Source: Minisyncoccota bacterium
Lineage (GTDB): Bacteria; Patescibacteriota; Minisyncoccia; Phycocordibacterales; SBAW01
DNA: 64,000 nucleotides
Direction: 5' to 3'
Assembly (NCBI GenBank): GCA_035546615.1
Contig: DASZWM010000005.1
Coordinates: forward strand, 32,001 to 96,000
Below are positions 9,631-18,254 of the stretch, in pieces; the first letter of the stretch is position 1; each line of letters begins with the position of its first letter. Under the pieces are notes generated by a model. That model made no database searches, was not told the origin of the DNA, and saw nothing but the letters and a program-made list of their open reading frames with translations. Position numbers and translations under genes: made by a program.

Positions 9631-9873
9631 ATGGCAATTACCAAATCCGCCAAGAAAGCCCACCGCCAAAGCCTTCGCCGGAAGGTTATGAACGATGCGC
9701 GCAAGGACGCTTTGCGCGGGGCATTCAAGGGTATCCGCACGGCGGCCAAGGGTGACACCAAGGCTATCGCGGCGGCATACAAGGCTATCGATAAGGCGCT
9801 CAAGGGCGGCCTTATCAAGAAGAACACTGCCGCTCGCCGCAAATCAAAGGTTGCGCGGGCGCTTAAGGCCTAA
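9631..9873 (+). CDS. rpsT: 30S ribosomal protein S20.
   Basis: MAITKSAKKAHRQSLRRKVMNDARKDALRGAFK is a typical S20 N-terminus. 80 aa. Confidence 0.9.
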   Translation: MAITKSAKKAHRQSLRRKVMNDARKDALRGAFKGIRTAAKGDTKAIAAAYKAIDKALKGGLIKKNTAARRKSKVARALKA

Positions 9874-9888
9874 CTCTTTAGGCCACCC

Positions 9889-9960
9889 CCTCTCGTCGTT
9901 CAATGGATAGGACGCCTCCCTCCGAAGGAGGCGATGCAGGTTCGATTCCTGCCGAGAGGA
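9889..9960 (+). tRNA. tRNA-Arg (anticodon CCG).
   Basis: Acceptor CCTCTCG/CGAGAGG, D-arm GTTC-AATGGATA-GGAC, anticodon stem CCTCC/GGAGG with loop CTCCGAA, T-arm GCAGG-TTCGATT-CCTGC. CCA is not encoded. Confidence 0.85.
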
Positions 9961-10078
9961 CAAATTTCACGAAGTGAAATGTGCCTCTCGGAGCGCGCCA
10001 ACTGCTTGGCGCGAGTAAGGAATCGAAAGGCTTTTCGTTGCTTCGTCTAATAAAGTCGAAAAGCACCCGCGACGGGAG

Positions 10079-10105
10079 TCGAGATTCCTGCCGAGAGGAC
10101 AAATT
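10079..10105 (+). repeat. Degenerate copy of the tRNA-Arg(CCG) 3' end plus flank. Direct repeat of 9941..9966; a third copy lies at 13645..13673.
   Basis: TCGAGATTCCTGCCGAGAGGACAAATT compared with the tRNA copy TTCGATTCCTGCCGAGAGGACAAATT. It does not fold as a T-arm. Lies 26 nt upstream of the start of the 609 aa ORF. Confidence 0.7.
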
Positions 10106-10131
10106 GTGCATAAACAGCCTGGCGGAAAAAA

Positions 10132-11961
10132 ATGCGCTACTATGTATGCATGGTTCTACACCGCTCTTTGTCCGGCCTGACGTTCATCATCAGCATATTT
10201 GTATTTCTCTTCGCGCTTGCGATATTTTTTCCGCCTTCGTTCGCCAGTGCCGGAGGAGGGGGTGGGGGAAGCGGCGGGGGAGGCGCATCCTGCCCGCCGT
10301 TCGCGACGGACCCCCCTGCGGTGGCAGCTGTGCCGGGATATAAGCCTGCAGGCCCCACCCTCTACGAGATGCCGGGAAGCCTGGGATATTTCGACGCCGT
10401 CGTTCCCACCGTTGTAAAGCGGGCCTGGTACAACAAGATGCCGTCGGCCGGCGTATGTGGCGGGCAACAGATGGGCCTATGCATGACCGACAATTTTTCC
10501 GTTATCCAAGGAACGAAGATAGCGGCTCTCACCGCCTCTATGAATATCAAGCTCGGCAAGCCGGCGGCGTCGCAGGTGAGCATAGACGCTGTTACCAAGC
10601 CAATCAGCAATAACTGCGGACAAACTTCGACGCTCTGGTCGTACGTGCTTACCCCTTCGGCGGGGGACTTTACGATGAAGGTCCCCAAAGGCGTTTCGAT
10701 AGACCTGACCTACAGCTGTCAGCCGAACCAGACCTATACCTGGGAGACGCACACCAGCTGCTTTTTGGGCATCGGCAACTGCAACGTCCGGCAGCATGCG
10801 CGCTCGTTCATGTTCGCGGACCGCGCGGTAAGCAACATTCCCTCGGGCTCTTCCGGCCTTTCAGGCACCAAGACCTTCGTGCCCCAGGAAGGCACGTCCT
10901 ATTCGCTCGCCTGCGGCGGCTACCGTCCCGAGAACGGCAGCGCGACTCCTCCCACCTACGGCTCAGCGAGCAGCGCCGGAGGCGTATGCTTCCTCGGCAT
11001 CGACTGCGACAGCGGCGGCGACTTCTCCTCCTACAACGTCAAGGACTCCTCCTACCAGCAGCCCCCGCTGGCCATGTCTGTGGAGGCCTGCACCGGCGAC
11101 GACGAGGTAGTCGTCAATAACGTTTGCACCCCATGCTCGCAGGTGCTCCCGGGGAGCTGGCGCATCGAGAACATATGCGTCACTTCCTTGCCCGTGGTTT
11201 CCATTGACGCGTTCGTGAACGGAAAGTCGGTGAGCACCACGACTCCCGGCATCCCGGTTACCATACGCGCCACGTACGTTTCCACCACGTCCGACCCGAT
11301 AGCCGGCGCCGTCATCAATGGCGGGACCAAGGGCAAGGATACGCCGGCGTGCACCGGCTCGTGCATGCAGACTACCTATAGCCGCACCAAGGCCACCGCT
11401 ACCACTACGTACACATTCACGCCGAGCGCTTCGGGCGTTTTCACCTTCTATCCCTCGGTGCAGACCAAGCTGCTTGCCGCCTGGAGCAATTATGGCGATG
11501 TGTCGAAGACGCTCATCGTGGGCAACGCGTGTCCGGCTAACGCCACGCCCTCGGGCTCGAGCTGCACGTGCAACGACAAGTACTCCGCCTATATCGGCAA
11601 CGCGTGCGTGCTGACGTGCCCCGCGACCATGCATCCAAACATGAGCGGCAGCACCTGCATCGCCAACCTTCCCACGAGCGCGATGCTGGACTTCACCGCC
11701 CTGCGCGTGCGCGAAGGCGCCAGGTCCACCCTGTCATGGACGATACGAGGCATGCAGAGCGGCATCGCCTGCGACATCGCGCCGCGCGAGCTGCTTGAGA
11801 GTCCCATGCCGGCCTACCCCGGAGGCTCCACGTGGAGCGGCGCTCTCGGGACCACCCCCATCAAGGATCCCACGCGCTATACCCTGAGCTGCACCAACGG
11901 GGAGGAGACGGTTAGCAAGACAACGACCGTGCAGCTTATCCCCGAGTACCAGGAAATCTAA
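10132..11961 (+). CDS. Secreted Gly- and Cys-rich surface protein, 609 aa. Paralog of the 1278 aa protein at 13716.
   Basis: N-terminal hydrophobic signal/TM segment followed by GGGGGGSGGGGAS. Shares with ORF 13716 the internal blocks LACGGYRPENG/LQCGGYQPQEG, SYQQPPLAMSVEAC/SYRQPQIQVDVQTC and VCTPCSQV/ACVPCNTV. Also shares a C-terminal domain of about 75 aa ending IPEYQEI. Confidence 0.7.
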   Translation: MRYYVCMVLHRSLSGLTFIISIFVFLFALAIFFPPSFASAGGGGGGSGGGGASCPPFATDPPAVAAVPGYKPAGPTLYEMPGSLGYFDAVVPTVVKRAWYNKMPSAGVCGGQQMGLCMTDNFSVIQGTKIAALTASMNIKLGKPAASQVSIDAVTKPISNNCGQTSTLWSYVLTPSAGDFTMKVPKGVSIDLTYSCQPNQTYTWETHTSCFLGIGNCNVRQHARSFMFADRAVSNIPSGSSGLSGTKTFVPQEGTSYSLACGGYRPENGSATPPTYGSASSAGGVCFLGIDCDSGGDFSSYNVKDSSYQQPPLAMSVEACTGDDEVVVNNVCTPCSQVLPGSWRIENICVTSLPVVSIDAFVNGKSVSTTTPGIPVTIRATYVSTTSDPIAGAVINGGTKGKDTPACTGSCMQTTYSRTKATATTTYTFTPSASGVFTFYPSVQTKLLAAWSNYGDVSKTLIVGNACPANATPSGSSCTCNDKYSAYIGNACVLTCPATMHPNMSGSTCIANLPTSAMLDFTALRVREGARSTLSWTIRGMQSGIACDIAPRELLESPMPAYPGGSTWSGALGTTPIKDPTRYTLSCTNGEETVSKTTTVQLIPEYQEI

Positions 11962-13498
11962 TGTTTTTCTTGCGCGCGTACGCGGCCAGGAAAAGCGCCG
12001 CAATGGCCGCGTAGAGCGGATAGCTTCCCGCGAGCGAGTACAGCGTCGCGCGTCGCGCTTCGGGGATCTCGAGCGTGCCCTGAAGCAGGCCCTGCTGTCT
12101 GAAGCCGAGCGACTTCACCACGGCGCCGCGTGCGTCTATGAGCGCCGACGGCCCTTCTATAGAGGCCCGCACGGCGGGAATATTGTTCTCGGCGGCGCGG
12201 TAGCGGGCGGCCGTGAGGCTGTATGCCTCGCCGGCGTCTTCGGGCAGTATCCACTCGAACCCCATATTAAGGAAGAAGCCGGCGCCCTTGGCGTCGCGGC
12301 GGGCAAGGCCCGCCAGGTGTATTTCCGAGCACTGGAGGCTTGCGGCGACAACGCCGCTTTCAAGCTCGACAACGCCGCTTCCGGTGCCGGCGCTCAGGGG
12401 AGCGGGCGTCGGCCCGAAGCCGAAAGAAGCGTACGCAGGCGCGTATTCTGTAAATGCGAATAAGTTGCGTTTATCGTAAGCGGCGGCCAGCGTCCCCGAA
12501 TGCCAGAAGTGATATGTCTGGAAGTATTCGCCGCCCCGGTACGCGAGGTCCCAGGTAACCACCGTGCTCGAGGCGGGCGCGTTCTCGCGCATCCAGTCAT
12601 CGAGCGCCCGGCGCGGGAAGAACCGCAATTCTCCATAGCCGTCCGCGGGCGGCGCGCCCTCGTAGGCGACCTCGTTCGCCACTGCCGCCGGATAGACGAC
12701 GAGTTCATTCCCTTGCGCTCCGGCTTCGCGCAGCGCCGCGGCGAGCGCCGGGAACGTGAGGCGGTCCTGGTATACGTTGGCGAACGGGAGCGCGTCGCGC
12801 GGTCCCGCCTGCACCACGGCGACGCGCATCTCCCGCGGCGCGGGAGCGCCCCCGAGGTACCGCTCGTGCGCGAAGCACAGGAGCCATGCCGCCAGCGCGA
12901 GATATGCGGCCAGCGCGAGGGCCCGCCTGCGCTGGCCGCGCGGTGCGGCCAGCAGTTCTCCCGCGAGCGCTCCCGCGAGCGCAACCGTGAACGAGACGAG
13001 AGCCTCTCCTCCCAGCGCCGCTCCCGCGAAGGAGGCTGGCAGGAAGCCCGTCGTGTACGCCAGCGCGCCGAGATAATAATGGCCGGTCACCCACTGGAGG
13101 GCGCTTTCAAGCGTGACATACGCTCCCGCGAACAGCGCCGCATTGAGGAGAATCGAATCAAAGCGAAACGCGCGGTAGAGAACGATGCAGCCGCCCCCCA
13201 CGCATCCGAACAGGAGCGCCCACAGGACGGGGCTGCAGTGTATGAGCTCCAGGACGAACGGCGCGTCGGAGGGCCATGCGAAGCCCGTAAAGATAAAAGC
13301 GGAAAGCGATGCGCCGGGCAGGGCGCCGGCAATAAAACCCGCGACGAACAGGTGTTTTGCGGGGATGGGGGCCCTTCGCGCGGCGACAAAGACCACCGGC
13401 GCGAACGCCATAAGGGAGAAAAGGGGAGCGGAAAAAGGCGGCAGGGCCAGTGCAAGCAATACTCCCGAGGCGGCCGCAAAAACAAGGCTCATGACCAT
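11936..13498 (-). CDS. lnt: Apolipoprotein N-acyltransferase (Lnt).
   Basis: Multi-TM N-terminal half followed by a C-terminal carbon-nitrogen hydrolase domain (MRVAVVQAGP ... catalytic region). Start set at MVMSLVFAAASG because the longer ORF reaches into the upstream intergenic repeat. Confidence 0.75.
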   Translation of the reverse strand: MVMSLVFAAASGVLLALALPPFSAPLFSLMAFAPVVFVAARRAPIPAKHLFVAGFIAGALPGASLSAFIFTGFAWPSDAPFVLELIHCSPVLWALLFGCVGGGCIVLYRAFRFDSILLNAALFAGAYVTLESALQWVTGHYYLGALAYTTGFLPASFAGAALGGEALVSFTVALAGALAGELLAAPRGQRRRALALAAYLALAAWLLCFAHERYLGGAPAPREMRVAVVQAGPRDALPFANVYQDRLTFPALAAALREAGAQGNELVVYPAAVANEVAYEGAPPADGYGELRFFPRRALDDWMRENAPASSTVVTWDLAYRGGEYFQTYHFWHSGTLAAAYDKRNLFAFTEYAPAYASFGFGPTPAPLSAGTGSGVVELESGVVAASLQCSEIHLAGLARRDAKGAGFFLNMGFEWILPEDAGEAYSLTAARYRAAENNIPAVRASIEGPSALIDARGAVVKSLGFRQQGLLQGTLEIPEARRATLYSLAGSYPLYAAIAALFLAAYARKKNIRFPGTRG

Positions 13499-13644
13499 GA
13501 CGCAAGTATACTGTCTCCGCGCTGACCCTGCTTGCGGCATCCTTGCTGCCGGCATTCGGGCAGGCGTTCGTCTATTTCTGCAAACAGTCCTCCCGCCTCG
13601 GGGGCCTGGGCCGCATCCAGCGACGGCGAGAGGAGAGCCGAAGG

Positions 13645-13673
13645 CGTTTCCTGCCGAGAGAACGGATTTTGTG
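13645..13673 (+). repeat. Third copy of the tRNA-Arg 3'-end-derived motif.
   Basis: GTTTCCTGCCGAGAGAACGGATTTTGTG. Lies about 45 nt upstream of the GTG start of the 1278 aa ORF. Confidence 0.65.
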
Positions 13674-13715
13674 GACAAAATATTATGTAGCGAATTCTCG
13701 GGGTAGTATAGAAGA

Positions 13716-16700
13716 GTGAGCTTCAAGTGCTTGAAGAAATATTTTTTTCTCCTTCCGCTGCTTGTTTTTATAGGTCCTGCGCCCTTTGTCATGGCCGCCC
13801 CCACGTTTCAAGTGGGGCCGATTTACCTCACTACGACAAGCGCGTCAAACCAAACCTGGCCCGTGCCTTCTGACTGGAACAATGCGAGCAACATCGTGCA
13901 GGTTATTGCGGCTGGAGGAGGCGGGGGCGGAGTCGCCAGCAACACGACGGGGAGCGGCGGGGGCGGCGGGGGCGGCGGATATTCAAAATCGACAAATATT
14001 ACCCTTTCCGGTTCATCGGTAACGTATCGTCTTGCGCCCGGCGGCGCCGGCGGAGGATCGTCGGCTGCGGTTGCCGGAGGCGATGCATGGTTTAACGGCA
14101 CCACATGCGCGGCTGCCTCCGTCTGCGCGAAAGGCGGAGGGGCAGGGGGCGCAGGCACAGGCGGAGGGGGAGGCGCCGCGGGCGCAGGCGGGCCGGCTAC
14201 AGGAGGAGTCGCGTCAGGCACCGGCTCAATAAAAAATAACGGCGGCGCAGGCGGGGCAGGCACAGGTGTTTCCGCCGGCGGCGGAGGGGGCGGCGCGGGC
14301 GGCCCAAACGCCGCCGGCGGGACTGGCAATCGCACCAATGGCGGGCAAGGGGACGGCACTGCAGGCGGCGCCGGCGGGATGACAAGCCTCATCAGGGCCG
14401 CGTCTGCTGGAAGCCCAGGAACTGAATTTTCATCCTCGCCCGCGTACGGGTCCGGCGGCGGCGGCGGAGGTTCTAGATACGCAGCGGACGCGGCAGCGGG
14501 AGGCACGTACGGCGCGGGCGGCGGCGGAGCTTTTGCTGCCTCCTCCGGTACCCTCCGCCGCGGAGGAGCCGGCGCTCCCGGGCTTATTGTGATTAATTAC
14601 AGCGCACCTCTTACCGTTTCCATTACCGCGCCGACCAACAGCGGCAACGCATGTATTGGCACGCCCGGTGCATTTACCATCAGCCGCAACGGGCCGGCAA
14701 CTTGGCCTGCAGTGCCGGTTGATCTTATATACGGCGGAAGCGGGAGCACCGCGGCTGCGGGGATAGACTACTCCGCTGCTGCGACAACGGTCACCATACC
14801 GGCAAATACCATGTCTATAACGCTTCCCATTACCGCGCTTCAAAAAACATCGGGCGGCAGCACTACGCTCAAGGCGACCATAGCCGCATCCTCGGCCTAT
14901 TCCGTCGGTACGCCAGCGAGCGCCACAATAGTTATTAACAATGGGACTCCGGCGATTGAGACAGTCGCCCCCTACACGATCGCTCCTTTTGCTGCTTACC
15001 CATTGCCCTACAATGGCTACATTTATCACCAAAATGGCGGTTCCGGCTACACTAATCCATTTGCCACTCCCGCAAGCATTCTTAATACATGGATCAGCAA
15101 TAGCCCTTCGCCCCAACTATGCGGCGCCAACGGCGGTACGGCCGGTATATCGCTTCCTAGTGACACGGCACAGGGCGTATGCATGGGTCCTAATTTCTCC
15201 GGCACTGTAGCAGGCACCCGGGTTGCGGTCCTGCAGGCGGTAGCGCAGACTGCAGGCATTCCTCCGGTTAATGTCGGCCTCGATCTCACGAATGTCAAAA
15301 AAACAAATCCTTGCAACACTTCAACAACGCACTGGGCGTACGCTACTGCGCCGACACAAAATACGCCCGCCGCGACGCTTAAGGTCCCTAAATACACACC
15401 GGTCCAGTTCTCTTATCAATGTTTGCCGAACCAGAATTATGTTTGGTTTAACGCCGCATGCCAAGGCGCTTACATTATTAGCTGCCTTAGCTGGACGCTT
15501 GTTACCGATGGCGACCTCAATGTCCAGACAGCGGATCGAGCGTGGTACAAGGGCACTGAAACGGCGAACCTTATCGACAGTTCTACGCAGACATTCAGCA
15601 ATTCGCAGAGCGTTACGCTCCAATGCGGCGGCTATCAGCCTCAAGAAGGGATTCCCGCAAACGGCGGTTCTCCGCCAGCTGCATCCTCCGGCACTGCTCC
15701 TACTGGAGGCAGCTACACGGTATACGGTATGCAGAATCCTTCCTATCGGCAGCCGCAAATACAAGTTGACGTACAGACATGCTCGGATCCTACCGCTATC
15801 GTACAGGGCGGTGCGTGCGTTCCGTGCAATACGGTAACTTCGGGCAGTTATCGTTCGGGTAATACCTGCGTCTTGTATCCGCCCCCGACGGCGACTATCC
15901 AAGCCAATAACGCCGGTTTTCAAGCGGCAGACAGCAGCGGCAACAAGAACGGAAAATTAGTTTCAGTTGGGGCGGGACAGCAAGTAACTGTAGCCGCCAC
16001 GTATGCTGGCAGTACCAATCAAACTCAAAAAACCGTCTTTATTACTGCCGCAGGTTCTGGCGTATGGACCGTGCCAAGCGATTGGAACAGCGCCAATAAC
16101 AGCATCGAGGTTATAGGCGGCGGCGGCACGGCGGCTTTTACGGGAGGCCGAGGCGGCGGGGGCGGCGGCGGCGCGTATTCAAAAAAGACTAATATTTCCC
16201 TCACGCCTGGCGCGCCTGTGACATATAGGGTGGGTCAAGGTGCGGCCCAAGGGAGTCCGGCCGCTCCGGGTGACGATACTTTTTTTAACCGGACCGCCGG
16301 TTCCTCAAATACCTGCGCCGATACGGTTTCGGTATGTGCCAAGGGCGGAAACAGCGGCAATGGCAACAATGGTGGAGCTGGAGGCGCTGCGAGTGGCGGC
16401 GTCGGCACTGTTAAATATTCGGGGGGCGCCGGCGCTTACGGCGATAATAACAATTCCGGCAACGGCGGCGGCGCAGGAGGTCCCAACGGGAATGGTCAAG
16501 CGGGAGACAGTGGCGGCGCAGGGGATGCGGGGCTTGGCGGCGCGGGCAGCGGTTGTGGCAACCCACCTGCGGCTGGGGGGAATGGTGCCGAGTGGATTGC
16601 TACCAATGTGTGGAGTGGCACTGCATACACGGGCGCAACGCCGACGGGCGGCTCCGGCGGGGGCGGCGGGTGCCGCTCATCCATTGCCGCTCCGGGCGGT

Positions 16701-17552
16701 AACGGCGGTTTGTATGGCGGCGGAGGCGGCTCCGGCGGAGGCAGCCAGAGCAATGAAGGAGTCGGGGCTCAGGGCATTATCGTAATCAAATATACCTCAA
16801 CCGGCGACCCTCTTGAGGCTACCGCTATCAATTGCGACTCGGGATGCGATTCACAGGACGGTGATACTGTTAACTGTAACCTTGTTGCTCCTCCCAATCC
16901 GCCGGCGGCTCCTGATCCAAACTGTTGGCGGAAACCCGATGCGACAAAGACGTATACCTTTACGCCGGCATCAGCAGACGCGGGAAAGACGTTTGTATTT
17001 TCCGCACAGGCAAAAACTTTTAACTACATCAACTATAACGGCTACGCTACCGTGCAGGTGCGGGTATGCCCGATCGGTCAGGGAACGGACGGCAACGGCG
17101 GATGTATTGCGGACGCATGCACCAACAATATCGTATTCCCAGGCAGCCAGACGACAGTACCCGCAGGATGTACGGGTAATCCGGACAATACGTGCAGCGT
17201 GCCCACCGGCTATGCGTTCAACGGCGCGGCCTGCGTCCCTTCAGCTCCGTCGGTTCCGACCCTTAGCCAAAACTCATTTACCGCCACCCGCGTACGTATG
17301 GGGGCGGCATCGACGCTTTCATGGAACATACCGGGTATGGCGAGCGGCATTACATGCGATATCAGTCCTGCGGATAAATTGCAGAGCCCGATGCCTGCCT
17401 GGACAAGCGGCTCTACTTGGATCGGCTCGGTACAGACGACCAGCATATACGGGCCCACCAAATATACGCTCACGTGCACTAACAGCACGACCGACCCGCC
17501 GGCCACCCGCAGCGTCATCGTCAACATCATCCCTGCGTATCAGGAGATATAG
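13716..17552 (+). CDS. Giant secreted Gly-rich surface protein, 1278 aa, with two internal repeat modules.
   Basis: GTG start; signal peptide MSFKCLKKYFFLLPLLVFIGPAPFVMA. Two about 300 aa modules, each with SDWN..N..V.VI.GGGG ... YSK.TNI.L ... VTYR ... VCAKGG ... G.I.VI.YS and many GGN-encoded Gly runs. The C-terminal domain of about 75 aa is shared with ORF 10132 and ends IPAYQEI. Confidence 0.75.
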   Translation: MSFKCLKKYFFLLPLLVFIGPAPFVMAAPTFQVGPIYLTTTSASNQTWPVPSDWNNASNIVQVIAAGGGGGGVASNTTGSGGGGGGGGYSKSTNITLSGSSVTYRLAPGGAGGGSSAAVAGGDAWFNGTTCAAASVCAKGGGAGGAGTGGGGGAAGAGGPATGGVASGTGSIKNNGGAGGAGTGVSAGGGGGGAGGPNAAGGTGNRTNGGQGDGTAGGAGGMTSLIRAASAGSPGTEFSSSPAYGSGGGGGGSRYAADAAAGGTYGAGGGGAFAASSGTLRRGGAGAPGLIVINYSAPLTVSITAPTNSGNACIGTPGAFTISRNGPATWPAVPVDLIYGGSGSTAAAGIDYSAAATTVTIPANTMSITLPITALQKTSGGSTTLKATIAASSAYSVGTPASATIVINNGTPAIETVAPYTIAPFAAYPLPYNGYIYHQNGGSGYTNPFATPASILNTWISNSPSPQLCGANGGTAGISLPSDTAQGVCMGPNFSGTVAGTRVAVLQAVAQTAGIPPVNVGLDLTNVKKTNPCNTSTTHWAYATAPTQNTPAATLKVPKYTPVQFSYQCLPNQNYVWFNAACQGAYIISCLSWTLVTDGDLNVQTADRAWYKGTETANLIDSSTQTFSNSQSVTLQCGGYQPQEGIPANGGSPPAASSGTAPTGGSYTVYGMQNPSYRQPQIQVDVQTCSDPTAIVQGGACVPCNTVTSGSYRSGNTCVLYPPPTATIQANNAGFQAADSSGNKNGKLVSVGAGQQVTVAATYAGSTNQTQKTVFITAAGSGVWTVPSDWNSANNSIEVIGGGGTAAFTGGRGGGGGGGAYSKKTNISLTPGAPVTYRVGQGAAQGSPAAPGDDTFFNRTAGSSNTCADTVSVCAKGGNSGNGNNGGAGGAASGGVGTVKYSGGAGAYGDNNNSGNGGGAGGPNGNGQAGDSGGAGDAGLGGAGSGCGNPPAAGGNGAEWIATNVWSGTAYTGATPTGGSGGGGGCRSSIAAPGGNGGLYGGGGGSGGGSQSNEGVGAQGIIVIKYTSTGDPLEATAINCDSGCDSQDGDTVNCNLVAPPNPPAAPDPNCWRKPDATKTYTFTPASADAGKTFVFSAQAKTFNYINYNGYATVQVRVCPIGQGTDGNGGCIADACTNNIVFPGSQTTVPAGCTGNPDNTCSVPTGYAFNGAACVPSAPSVPTLSQNSFTATRVRMGAASTLSWNIPGMASGITCDISPADKLQSPMPAWTSGSTWIGSVQTTSIYGPTKYTLTCTNSTTDPPATRSVIVNIIPAYQEI

Positions 17553-17590
17553 CGGGAGGAGGAATTTTGCTCCGCTTAGCACACAAGCGC

Positions 17591-17616
17591 AAAACCTGCC
17601 GCAGGGCAGGTTGTTG
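17591..17616. terminator. Bidirectional rho-independent terminator.
   Basis: CCTGCC-GCA-GGGCAGG hairpin flanked by a T-run on the + strand (after ORF 13716) and an A-run that is a T-run on the - strand (after tRNA-Arg GCG). Confidence 0.6.
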
Positions 17617-17625
17617 CGTCTAGTG

Positions 17626-17697
17626 TGCTCCCGGTAGGAATCGAACCTACATCACGAACTCCGCAAGCTCGTGTCCTATCCATTGAACGACGGGAGC
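17626..17697 (-). tRNA. tRNA-Arg (anticodon GCG).
   Basis: Reverse complement folds with acceptor GCTCCCG/CGGGAGC, D-arm GTTC-AATGGATA-GGAC, anticodon loop TTGCGGA and T-arm GTAGG-TTCGATT-CCTAC. Confidence 0.75.
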
Positions 17698-17739
17698 GCT
17701 CAATAACTCCTTGAGCTTACAACGAAAATTAGCTTTTTT

Positions 17740-18210
17740 CTAGAGGCCGAAGATCTCGGCTACGTGCTCGCCCACGTGCGGGCCCTGCTCCTCTTCCTGC
17801 ACCCGGGTTTTGAGATGCTCGCGCACGTCGGCGCCCTGCTGGGCGCTGTCGAGTATCAAAGAGAAGTGGGGAGCAAGAACTCCGCGCATTGTCATGAAAA
17901 GCCGGGGATTTTCCTGGTCATGCTCGACCCAGAACGTGTGTATGGCTGAATAGGGGTAGCGCGTGCCGTCTACCGACAGGCCGCGGTCGTCCATATGGAC
18001 CGAGTGCTCGCGGGGGCCGCGCGCGGCGAGAAAGCCTATCGACAGCGCGCCTATTGCGATAATAACGGCGAAAAGAAAGTTGCCGAAGAATACCGCAGCT
18101 ACTCCGCCCGCGAGCGCGATAACGCCCAAGCCCCAGTACCAGTCGGTGCTGCGCTCGCGGTGCTCGTGCGTCGTAACGCTCCATTCCATGCGCTCCGTAG
18201 TGCCTGGCAT
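17740..18210 (-). CDS. Hypothetical membrane protein.
   Basis: 156 aa with two adjacent TM helices (WYWGLGVIALAGGVAAVFFGNFLFAVIIAIGALSIGFLAA). No motif recognised. Confidence 0.4.
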   Translation of the reverse strand: MPGTTERMEWSVTTHEHRERSTDWYWGLGVIALAGGVAAVFFGNFLFAVIIAIGALSIGFLAARGPREHSVHMDDRGLSVDGTRYPYSAIHTFWVEHDQENPRLFMTMRGVLAPHFSLILDSAQQGADVREHLKTRVQEEEQGPHVGEHVAEIFGL

Positions 18211-18254
18211 ATCGTCTTCAGTATACCATCACGCAACTGGTATACTTTTAAGAT

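Noticed and set aside
9981-10106. Possible intron-containing or second tRNA-Arg formed by CCTCTCG at 9985 and CGAGAGG at 10097.
   Set aside because: The intervening 100 nt cannot be arranged into D and anticodon arms, and the would-be T-stem (GGGAG/CCTGC) does not pair. It is better interpreted as a degenerate duplicate of the tRNA 3' end.
12500-13525. A 341 aa plus-strand ORF and several 100 to 200 aa ORFs between 12394 and 13505.
   Set aside because: They are antisense or alternative frames of lnt. Their extremely Arg-rich translations are characteristic of non-coding frames.
13800-16760. Gly-codon (GGN) repeat tracts as a possible CRISPR array or tandem DNA repeat.
   Set aside because: They lie inside a continuous 1278 aa reading frame and encode poly-Gly protein segments. 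There are no regular repeat-spacer units and no cas genes.
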